This document shows positions 52,105 to 62,479 of a stretch of 64,000 nucleotides of DNA, one piece after another. The DNA comes from Botryllus schlosseri (taxonomy: Eukaryota). The DNA lies in contig CM119371.1 in the NCBI GenBank assembly GCA_051294905.1, positions 25,978,001 to 26,042,000 on the forward strand. Reading direction: 5' to 3'. The first letter of the stretch is position 1; each line of letters begins with the position of its first letter. Under the pieces are notes generated by a model, which was not told where the DNA came from, did not search any database, and saw nothing but the letters and a program-made list of their open reading frames with translations. The translations under genes and the position numbers were made by a program.

Positions 52105-52862
52105 TTATCCAGGCCTGCAATAAAAAGAAAAGTAACTTAGTTTTCGTATATTACTCGATAAATATTGGGTCAGACCAATACTTGATGCAATCTAGCTTTT
52201 CGTTCCAATTAATATCTAGGAGAATTGATGATAATACTATAAAAAAAACACCAAGCTTCGTCTAAAGATGATTTCGTTAACATTAAATTTTGATCCTGCA
52301 TGACAGATAAAATTTGACAATTCCCATTCTCCATACGTATTGCGGGAAAGCTGAGTACTCCTTCGAGTACACATAGGCAGACTTAAATAAACATTGAAGA
52401 TATAACTGAGTCGAACAACAGAATTTTTGAACTAGCTCTTAGATGGTTCCTTTTCATGCTAATTTGTGTTGTCACGAACCCTCTTTTTATTGGATGTCTA
52501 TCGAACAATTTCCGGATCCTCAATTGAACTTCATTTAGGTTACAGACGTACGGTCGACGGTCGTACAAAGACATTTCATCACGGATAGATAGAATTCGAG
52601 CGTTCGTAAGAATGGTGGATACCAGTCACGAAAATAATCAACTCACAAACCCAGGGAGGTATACTTGCACTCTCCGTTGACGCAATGCCGAAATTGATAC
52701 CATTGCCATTCACAATCGCTATAAATGAAACATTGTTCTGAAGAAATGTATAGTCTTGTCAATTCAAACATAGTGGCTGGCAGTGGATAATTCCTTACCC
52801 GCCCGAGCAACGTGAAACATAAAGAATGCAACGGTTACTAGGAACACAGCAATCAGCTTCAT
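52105..52862 (-). CDS. Peptide gene C: 54-aa secreted four-Cys peptide precursor (coding exons 52862-52799, 52737-52647, 52114-52105)
   Basis: Spliced product MKLIAVFLVTVAFFMFHVARA|EQCFIYSDCEWQWYQFRHCVNGECKYTSLGLPG*. Intron 1 is 61 nt with an in-frame stop, so it must be spliced. Intron 2 is GTGAGT...TTTTTATTGCAG. Same phases and exon lengths as gene A. Confidence 0.88.
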
Positions 52863-53043
52863 ATTATTCAGCTTCAACGTTTTCACACCTTAATAAATCT
52901 AAAGACCATGCGACATATGAAACAGCAATAAATATACTACAGTGTGCGCAGAGGCTTGAGAATGTTAGCTTCAAAAAAATATTTATTGAAATCCCACAAG
53001 AATTATCACGTTGATATTATAACCCGGTAACGCATTCAAATTA

Positions 53044-53090
53044 CGAATACGCTATAACGCATGACATATAAAATTGACGAGTTTATATAT
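53044..53090 (-). promoter_or_regulatory. Putative TATA box, initiator and 19-nt non-coding exon of gene C
   Basis: TATATAAA at 53090-53083, TCA with A at 53063 (27 nt downstream), donor GTAATT at 53044, acceptor CTTTAG at 52899, 36 nt before the ATG. Confidence 0.55.
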
Positions 53091-53649
53091 TATCGCTAAT
53101 CTACATTGCGATGTAATACTATTCGACACGGATTAGCCACGGCATGCGGTCAATGTTCATCGCTTATGTATAGCCTATATACACGATGTAGTATGCAAGG
53201 GTGGTGATTCCTTTGTGACAATGTTCCATAATCTAATTCGATATCTAGTGCGCACTTATGAATCATTGAACTATCCCAACCGTATGTCCTTCTAAATGGC
53301 AGATCTGCTCTGTAATGATATCTTCATAATCATCATATGGACATCCAATTCCATATCAGGTATTGTGTATTACTATAGTATTCAGATTCACATGTAAGAT
53401 TATACCTTGATGTCATTGCAATCAAATCAAGATTCTAGTACAAACCCAAAGTCACTGAAATCGTAAATCCGTAACTGATACAGATTGAGTTCTATAACTT
53501 TGAAATTATGATAGACAACTCTGAACGAGAATACGTGTGGAAATCGTCATGTCCCAGACAAATAGCGATTTGAATAGATTATAAAATCTGAAGCAGCACC
53601 TGTAAATGCGCGCCAGATAGGTAGACAAAGAACGAGGATGACTATAGTT

Positions 53650-54310
53650 CAGTGCTTCCCATCTGGCATCTACGCTATTTCCAGTGGGTCGCGAATAATT
53701 TCTAAGTGATACAGTTTCCTTTTTAATTTGCCAAATACGCCAAATACTCAATATTCTCGCGATTAGACTAGTAATTGCACCATTACCTCCTCTAAATTAA
53801 ATTGTTTTTGCGCCCATAATCGCCGCGAGCCACGTTCCCGTGCTCACAATAATTAGTGAACCATATTTCTGTGACAGTCATTTTGTATGCAGCGCGAAAT
53901 TTCACGGTGTGTTATTGTGGTGTGCCTGAGAATTGGATTTAATTCTTTCAGGCAAAGGTTTTCTGAACGTTGATCGGGAAGTGCAGCAATCCCGCTTCAT
54001 TTCTCGTTATAATCAGCAAACAATAGCCATGACAAAAATGTGGAAAAAACCCTTTGTGTTCGACGTAAGAGACTTGGGCTACGCGTTTTTTCGGTTGTAA
54101 TCATCTGTCACGCGTACTAATTATTGTATGTTGATACACTGGTATTTCCGAATTATCGCGCGAAGTCTCGTGTTGGCATTTAGTTTAACTCACAGCTCAC
54201 ACGACGCATTGTGCTTTGAATTACGTTCTCATTAGTTTGATGACCGCTTAATGTGCGTCGCACCATGAAACGTTGATGAAAAGTGGTTCGAAAAAAGTTG
54301 GGAAGCACGG
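53650..54310. mobile_element. hAT MITE specific to cassette C
   Basis: TIR CAGTGCTTCCCA / TGGGAAGCACGG. It interrupts the GACTAGATAACC context that is continuous in A and B; TSD unclear. Confidence 0.65.
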
Positions 54311-55057
54311 GACTAGATAACCACATTCTCTCTCTACAGCAGTTGTCCTCAATCTTTTTGTTGTCACTGACCCTTTAGACCAGGGATTCTTAACCTTTTT
54401 TCCTCCGGCCCCCTTTCAAAAATTATCGTGCTCCAGCGCCCCCACCCCCATATCGTAAGGACTGTAACAAAGACAATGCGTAAGAGGGAGAGCCGTAACA
54501 GCACTTCGTCAGCTCCCCTAAACACGATTCTCTTGCGCACCCATAGCGTGATAAACAAAACTTTTTGGGGCGTCACCCCAAAGAACCCCGTCACGTGATT
54601 TCGATGGTCAGCAAAGTTTGTGTGGCCTGGTCGCCCTAGGCGTCAAATTTTCTATAATGCATGAATGAGTAGGTGGCAATTGCATATATATGCCGCTATA
54701 AACTTTGATCCTCTCCGCCCACGTAATCAGATGTACAGTAGCGCTGAGTAAGCTGTTGTCTTGGAAAATGAAGGCCATGTAATTAACAATTAAACATATC
54801 GGGCGCGCCCGTCGGTACCATTACTTCGTTGCATGATGTTATTTTGTAACCTACTCTTGTCCGCTTTATAGTCTAAACCAGGGGTGGGCAAACTACGGCC
54901 CGCGGGCCGCATGCGGCCCGCAACGCCGTTCTGTGCGGCCCGCGAAAGTCTAAAGAAACTTTAAAAAAATATTATTAAAAGGCGTACTAAAAATTGAATT
55001 AATTCATTGACTTGATTGAACCTTTTCTTAATATATTTCATCACGACAATTCTAAGG

Positions 55058-56521
55058 CAGTGGTTCTAAAACCGGGGAGCTTGAAAGCATCTGAAGTAGG
55101 GTTAGATTATCCGGATAACGGTTAACCGCAGGTTTTCTCATTATCTGATATCCGGATATAATTCTGCCGGTTAACCGGATAAAATAGTATCGTTGATAAT
55201 GCGTTTTACACTTTGCAGTAAGCTTGAATAAGTCGTATTATCAGTGTTGCGCGCGGTCAATTAGAGAAAAGCGTGTTACCAATTAGGGAGATACGTCTGT
55301 GCACACTGCACAATTTAACGCGACGCAATCTCCTTCTGAGAAGATCGCCAAATTAGGTCATTGATTGCCGCGAGAGCAGCTGTCGTTGCTGGCCTGATTT
55401 ATCGAGTCTTCAACAAGCCTATAGTTCCACTGACAGAATCGCATCTGCAATAGACCCTGTGGATACTATACCATCACATGGCCTGCACAATTGCATCTGC
55501 CATGGCTTTGTGCTCACGATATTATCGCTGGCCTACACAATCGCATCTGCAATGCAATAGGCATGGCACGATCATCGCTGGCGTAACAACCGCGTCTCGG
55601 GCCTGACATGCGTTGGCTCCTATCTATTGGTGGCTTGGAGCGATTGTGATCAATGAGTGACATCGCGAAACTGAATGACATCGAATTTACTCATCTCGCA
55701 AACATGTTCGTGCGTGCAAGCGTACTTGATTTCCGCTGAGAATTAATTCGAAAAAAATCGTAACCCGCTCATATTATTCAAAACACCCCCCTTATTTTTC
55801 GGCTGGCTACGCGCCTGATCGGCTACTCGTCCTTCCAGTACTGGACACCTAAACAGATGAATGGGCAAAAAGGAAGCGCTGCTTACTATATTCAGCCCAT
55901 TTTGTGGTAGCAGAAAGAGCATTCAATACATGTGGACTCTTTGTTACAAAACTCCGGTCCGGCTACAGGAGGCCACAATTGATGCAGTGTGCTTTATAAG
56001 GCGGGCGTTGCAGAAGCAGTGAACCTTAAATTTGCGTGCTTTTTCCCGTATACGCTCGTACGGTGCGTGTACGGATAAATCTACAATAACACTGTGTAAT
56101 GATTTTGCGATCCATTTTTCATGCAGACCTCGTGAAATCGATTTTCTCACTTAGCAGTTATTATCCGGTTAACCGGTTAGCTAAATTCCAAATATACGGA
56201 TATATCCGTTATCCGGATAGTGAAAATTATTGGTATCCGAACTAACTCTAATCTGAAGGGAGGCGGGAAGCTGACCTCAACTGATTTTTTTTCGCGCTAG
56301 CGCGATTTACATCCAATTCATAATTATGACTCTGTATTTAGTCTGAATTTCATATTAGAAAATCTGTCATGCACAGTAATGACCTTCCATGCCATCAAAC
56401 TACCCGTTAGGTTTGCATGCTGGTTGCGTTTTGCGGTATGACGATGAGCGGGGCGCTAAATCTTTCACCGTCATAAGGGGGGGGGGGGGGGGGCGTGTCT
56501 TGAAAAGTTTGAGTACGACTG
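55058..56521. mobile_element. Fourth-level hAT MITE
   Basis: Termini CAGTGGTTCTAAAAC / GTTTGAGTACGACTG; perfect TSD TTCTAAGG. Confidence 0.88.
55097..56250. mobile_element. Fifth-level hAT MITE (ATCCGG/CCGGAT subterminal repeats)
   Basis: Termini TAGGGTTAG / CTAACTCTA; perfect TSD ATCTGAAG. Confidence 0.88.
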
Positions 56522-57381
56522 TTCTAAGGTAAATATACTTTCTATATTTGTTTATGTTTAATTTTTGGCGTGACAGTCCGATCTCAATGCCCACGCAGTT
56601 TGAAAGGTTTCAACTGCTAAATATCACAGAAATCCTAAACGAGATTGACGTAATTCGGATCACGGGTATGATTTTAGATTGAACACTCCATCTGTTATAA
56701 AAAACGATTTGCGCGTGTCTTAGGTAGATTGGCTCTCTCTATGCGTAGAATTGGGGTATTTATATGTTATCTACACATAGTAGAAGCGTGTTTGAAGCTA
56801 ACACGGTTATGATGCTGTCAGCATTGTGTGTCCTGCTGGAACTGAACCAAAAGTGGAATTAGTAAATCTATGAACAGATCGCTGCTCACAGATTTAAATT
56901 TCAATCCTGTTCTAAGAATCGGAACAACCGACTTTTATCTCTATGGTTTTGACACATTGGTTATTAAGGTCGACCAGCCTAAGAAATCTCGCCACGTTTC
57001 TGATGCGCGTACGATATCACCAAAGCAATGTTTGGTTTGTTTTAAATAAGCACATATATTGTCTCCATATCCTCACTATATAATCAAATACTAATATTGC
57101 GTTGTAGTTTATAATCCCAATTTTATATAGTGCGGCCCGCGAGTGGATTCAGATGTTGAATGCGGCCCGCGAGCTCAAAAGTTTGCCCACCCCTGGTCTA
57201 AACTTATTGAAACGCATAAACGAATTAAACTAAAGTAAGCACACGATTCAAAATTGGTATTTCTTCACTGGCAAATAATTTTTCTCTGATGGATGTTATT
57301 TGTCCTATGGGGTGCTGATTGCGACGACATGATAATTCGGCACAAGCGATTTAAGCACCTATATGCACAACTAGACTTATA

Positions 57382-59252
57382 CAGGGTTGCCATCGACATG
57401 GACCCAAAAATAAGGACAGTCGAAAAATTAAATTAGCATGAAAAATCGTTTTGTGCATACTTTGTCTTTATACGAGCCGTGGCATATCACATTCCATACT
57501 TTCACCAGAAAAAATCTACTCCAGCAACTATTAGTTATTAGAAAGTGCTTCATGGATCTCGCGACAGCTCAGTTCTAGGTTTACCTTTACTTGGGGCCGA
57601 AACAGCACTTCGTCAGCCATCCTAAAAACGTTGGTCTTGACACCTGGGGGATAAACCAAACTTCTTCACCTCGTTAGAGGCGTCAACCACGATGGAAAAA
57701 GGCCGCACACCAAGTTCAGACAAAATCCTTTTTGAGCGTATGGGGCAAAAACTCCAGTATCAATGCTTGTAGTCTTGGTCCTGGCCGAAGAAAACTTATT
57801 TGTAATGTTGGAATCGGGGAATATTGCTTTGAACAATTGCGATGTGCAATCGTTGGTGAGGAATGATTGCTGGTGTTTGACAGTATGGAATGCCCCTGGT
57901 CTGAGGTCGTTGGTGCTGATCGACTTGTGGAAAAATTATTCATCGATTGGCTCAAATTAGTCATCATGACACACTTCTTGTGTTTTGGGGTATCAATATA
58001 AGTTAAGTAGCGGTCTTTCCTGTGGCCTACAGGTTAATGTCACAATTGCAGATATTGCAATGTGCGAAACACTCGCCCTTCAATCTTCGCTAGATACCTT
58101 TGAATCCTCTCTCATAATCGTCACGAAAAACATTTTTACGCCTGTTTATTTAAATTAATCAGATTTAGCCTTATTTGTGGCTAAAACTATACGCGCAAGT
58201 GCAATATAATTTAGAGAAATTTATCAATGATTTATAGCTTTACTACTTTTTAACCAGTGTGTCGACTGCACTGCGCCTTTTTTCACTACACGCAATAAAT
58301 GCTGCCTTCCCAACAGCTTGAGGTTATTGTGCTGTAGACCAAACAGCAGTAACCTGGTATTGCTGTTTACCGCTAAAATGACGTCCGTTACGGTAGCTTG
58401 GTACAGCCGAAACTGCTGTACCACCACCCACTGACCTAACTATCTCACCACTGAGAAGTAGGGCTGGGCACAATGATTCGAGTACTCGAATCTGAATCGA
58501 GTATTAATTTTAATGATTCGAGTCGAGTAGTAAAAGACGATTTTTTCGAGTACTGAAATTATATACGCTTCTCGCCACTGAAAGTTAAAGTACCAACGAG
58601 AATTATAGTTTTTATACTATTTTTCACCGAGGAAGCCTTGAAACCTTGATTAGCCGTGTCGCAGCATACGAGACATAGTACAAAGCTACGAACGTTACTG
58701 GAATAGCATATTTCCGAAGTCGTGATCCTCCGACAACATTGTCAAGAAGTGCAATGAAATCGGTATGGTCGAAAAAATACCAAAGTATCTTTAATGTGAC
58801 GGATACGGGGCATTTTATCCTTTGTGTTGGCATAAAAGGTACATATTTTAACTTGGACGGATTACATTCTGTTGTGACGTCATAATGAGTGATACTCGAA
58901 TACTCGACTCGACTCGACTCGAAGCGTAATACGTGATTCAGAATCGAATCACTCAGGTACTCGATTTTGCCCAGCCCTACTGAGAAGTCAAATCTTGTGG
59001 TGTGTACGTCACGAGAGTTCCTTTCATTTATGATGTCATACAATCTCGATAAAAGCATAATTTTAGAATATTATGCAACATAGATACCAGAGGAAAACGA
59101 TGGAAGTTCTGTAGCGGTTGAAAATAAGACAAAATATAGACGCAAGTCGAAAATAAGGACATTTCTTAGAAATAAGGACAGTTGAGTTTTCCAAGACGTG
59201 GCCATTCAAAATATGGACAAATCTTAGAAATAAGGACGGTATGGCAACCCTG
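57382..59252 (-). mobile_element. Inverted sister copy of the 10961-13848 hAT element with decayed transposase 5' part
   Basis: TIR CAGGGTTGCCAT at both ends; colinear with 10961-13848 once inserts are removed. TSD only partly matches (CTTATA vs CTTATATA). Confidence 0.88.
58459..58979. mobile_element. hAT MITE (ACTCGA/GATTC repeats) nested in 57382-59252
   Basis: TIR TAGGGCTGGGCA / TGCCCAGCCCTA; perfect TSD CTGAGAAG; empty site in the 10961 copy (about 11228-11240). Confidence 0.93.
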
Positions 59253-60673
59253 CTTATATACATCGAAGTTTACGGTCAACATAAGGGAAATCCTCTTAGG
59301 CTAAGGTTTTCACGCTGACGATCTTTTGGCACACTTCTCGGAGTCCCATATTGGCCGGAACTGCATATGTCTTCTTGCTTCGTGGCGTGGTAATGGCCGA
59401 CGCCGAAATGCCTATTTCTATATTTTCTATAATTATGCGTATTTTTTCGTGGGGGATTCGTTAAAACATGATGTGTAATTTATGTTCATTCACCGAAATA
59501 ATTTGGGGCACCCGTCGAGCTCAAAATTAGGGGTGTGGGTTGTGGCAGTTTCGGTCCTGATAAGAGGTCAAAGTTCAGTCGATCTTTTCGGGACTTAAGT
59601 ATTGGAAATATTTCGCGCTTAAATCGCGCTCGAGAACCACTCGACTATAATAGACCATATGATAATTTTATGTGGCATATTCAGGGTCAAATCAAGGTTT
59701 TTATAAACAACAATCGGGTACGGTCTCATACCCTGTCGTTCGAACCATCCCGAATTCACATCTGCGATTAGCTATACGGGGAAGTTAATGGTATTGGATT
59801 TTGTTTCAGTGCTTTGTGTGACTAAAAGTAAGTCAATTGAGAAAGAGAATGATGGGATACATATATCTGCACACATTGAATTTAGTGCTGTATCCAGTTA
59901 ATAATTTAAACAGGAGTGTATTCCAAACAAAGCAATTCCTATTATATAGCGTTCATGTGAGGTTGTGGACCGAAACACTAGATAGTATCATCTTTTATGA
60001 TACGATGAAGAAATATTCTGACGATTTAATTTTTTAGCTCTCAAATACAAGTATACTAGGTTATTCATTTCGTGCACAAAGCTTCAAAACATATTTTATG
60101 TACAAGGGGCTCTCCCTCTCAAAAGTGATATACAGTGCCTCCTTCTTTGATTTCCACACGCTGTGCGCTGCAGGATAAAACACCTAGCTCGAAACATTTT
60201 GTTGAAAATAACCCTTGCAAGCGTGGCGGCAGTGTTTTAACGGAAATAAACCATCTAAAAGTAGGTGCAATTCATTTTACATGAATTAGAATAACCCACT
60301 ACATTTATGAAAACATATGTATCAAACATCGACGCGTAGCGCGACCAAAAATTTTGGGATTTGACATATTTTGTGGAATGTTAATTTGCTCTGAATACTC
60401 ATTAGGGATATGTCCTACTACTATATCATCTACTGCAAAGCCATTCTTCTTCGGCGCCCCCCGTATCGCCCCCCTGATCCCAGCGCCCCTCATATAGCCC
60501 CTTGAGCGTTCCACCACCTTCAAAATCCCCCAAGGGGCGCTGGAGGCAAGGTGAAGAACCACTGCTTTGGACAAATTAATAAATCTGCAGACCCCTGCCT
60601 AAATTTTGCATGAATTTCAATTAACATAATATTGACTGTTGTGCTACGCAATTACTACACTGTGTCAAATTGA

Positions 60674-60960
60674 TGTTGTTGTTGTTGTTATTGTTGTTAT
60701 TGTTATTGTTGTTGTTGTTATTGTTGTTGTTGTTGTTGTGAAGAGAGAAAAACTAACGAACGAAAGAACAGAAGTTGAGAATTGACATAATACTAAAATA
60801 AAGAAAGTAGAAAAATGAGGAAAATATATGTAAATAAAGACAGAATAGGCTGATGATCAACCAGCTACGTCTGCGCAGCAGGGGGAGAAGGCCAAAGGTT
60901 TTTAGCTGGAGTTGCCCGTCGCACTGTTAGGACTTGGTCACCAGTTCGCCAGACGGTTTT
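60674..60960 (-). repeat. (GTT/ATT)n microsatellite (60674-60739), probably the (CAA)n tail of a short LINE 3' fragment
   Basis: On the minus strand a GC-richer stretch is followed by a T-rich UTR-like tract and then (CAA)n, resembling the 3' layout of the 24913-25497 element. No recognisable protein motif. Confidence 0.4.
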
Positions 60961-61258
60961 CCATAGAGGTATGAAATTGAGAAAAAAAAGTTGAACCACA
61001 TTACCATGCTGAAACCCTCTCAATGTAAGCAAATTTATTGAGAGGGCTGTTGTTGTTTTTCATGAACTAAACGACTAAACTGATGTTGCAGCAATCAGTA
61101 TAATCTTAATTTAATGCATACCGGTAGAGTTTATTCTCGCGTATGCTTGAGCTTGACACATGTGCAATGTGCATTGTGCTTTTCGGAGTTAAATTAAATT
61201 AGCTTTCCCCCAATACCCATCAAGCTAATCTCTAAGGTTGGGAGCCACTGCTCTACAG

Positions 61259-61880
61259 ATACTAATCAGTCTTTTCCTCATCCTTACTCGAGACTGTGAA
61301 ATATACTATAGGCGGATAACTATTTTCAGTTTCGTTGTAATACGGCAGTCCGTGCATTGTGCTGTGCTGACATTTATTTCCGTCTTGGAAGGTTTTCCGA
61401 TGAGTATTTCATTGTTTAATATGTTTCACAAACTGGGGAAAACATATTAGATGTTTGATCAATTAAATTATATTGAAATCGCAATCCCGACGTCAACCAG
61501 TCCTCATGAGTTTGACCTAGTCACGACAAGACGAAAATATACCTGTATTACCGAAATATAACCAGTATCCACATAGATAGGAGAATAATGGCAGATGAAA
61601 ACGTATACAAAGCGAAAAAAAACGCACTTTCCGGTGACCGAAAAATACCCGAACTATATATGTATTCAGAGCAATAAAAATCAAAATACTTTCCCGTTGA
61701 CACCCGCTGATTGCGACATCGATTTTAATTGGTCGCGCCCTCTCGATATTGTTGCATGCTTAGATGCCGACAGTATCTCGTTTTCCAGTTTGGTCGCAAA
61801 CCGTCCAGGTGCATTAAAACTACCGAAACGGCGTTCCAAGATTAGGTCTTCAGGGAGGTTTTGGTTTTGTTCAGAATTCA
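61259..61880. repeat. Far-upstream block, copy C
   Basis: Colinear with 44430-44975 and 46790-47335 but more diverged; resumes immediately after the CTCTACAG TSD. Confidence 0.82.
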
Positions 61881-62479
61881 CATACTTTCACATCTGACTT
61901 TACAGTGTTAATAGCAGAGGTGGTAAAAATATACAACGTTGCTACTCGAGTGAAATTCAAAGTAACACCGTAAGTGTGTACCCAAGTAGCAGTAGAAATC
62001 AAAGTATACGTAGAAGAATTTTTATTACCTGTCAGAACTACTTGAAGGGGAAGTAGAAAATAAATGGTCCGGAAAGTGTCTTATTTCGATATAGCAAGAT
62101 ATGTCTTTGTGACCGAGAGGAAATGAATATCGACACTTAGACAGGTGCAGTTTTCGAACACATATTTAGTTACCGTGTTATAGGAATTATTTCATGCAGT
62201 TTGTATTACAACTTTGGTCATAAAAGTGATGCAAACTTGATCTAACACTACTACAAAATCTAAAACGTAAAACGAAAGTGGCTCTGTAGTAGTTTATGGA
62301 AGTAGAATTGGAAGTGGCCTCTCACTGGACTGAGCATTGCAAAGAGTCCAAACCTGTTTGAGATTTTTATTCGTTCACAGTCACGATTCAACAGTGGTGC
62401 GCTGATATGCCGGAGCCGCCTCGAGATCGAATTGACTACAGAGAACAATCACGCCAGCCATAAACAGCGATTATATGAA

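Larger units (their letters stand above)
54879..57195. mobile_element. Third-level hAT MITE (CGGCCCGC subterminal repeats)
   Basis: TIR CAGGGGTGGGCAAACT / AGTTTGCCCACCCCTG; perfect TSD GTCTAAAC. Confidence 0.93.
54381..60564. mobile_element. Second-level hAT MITE of the stack
   Basis: Termini CAGGGATTCTTAAC / GTGAAGAACCACTG; TSD CTTTAGAC/CTTTGGAC. Confidence 0.72.
54340..61250. mobile_element. Outermost hAT MITE of a 6.9-kb nested stack
   Basis: Degenerate TIR CAGTTGTCCTCAATC / GGTTGGGAGCCACTG; perfect TSD CTCTACAG. The joined flanks restore the sequence seen uninterrupted in cassette B (about 46770-46820). Confidence 0.85.

Noticed and set aside
40607-52862. Identification of the peptides as known ascidian antimicrobial peptides (clavanin, styelin) or as Shisa/CYYR1-type membrane proteins
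   Set aside because: Clavanins and styelins are linear His/Lys-rich helices without this Cys frame, and the exon-3 stop leaves no TM segment. No gene symbol is assigned.
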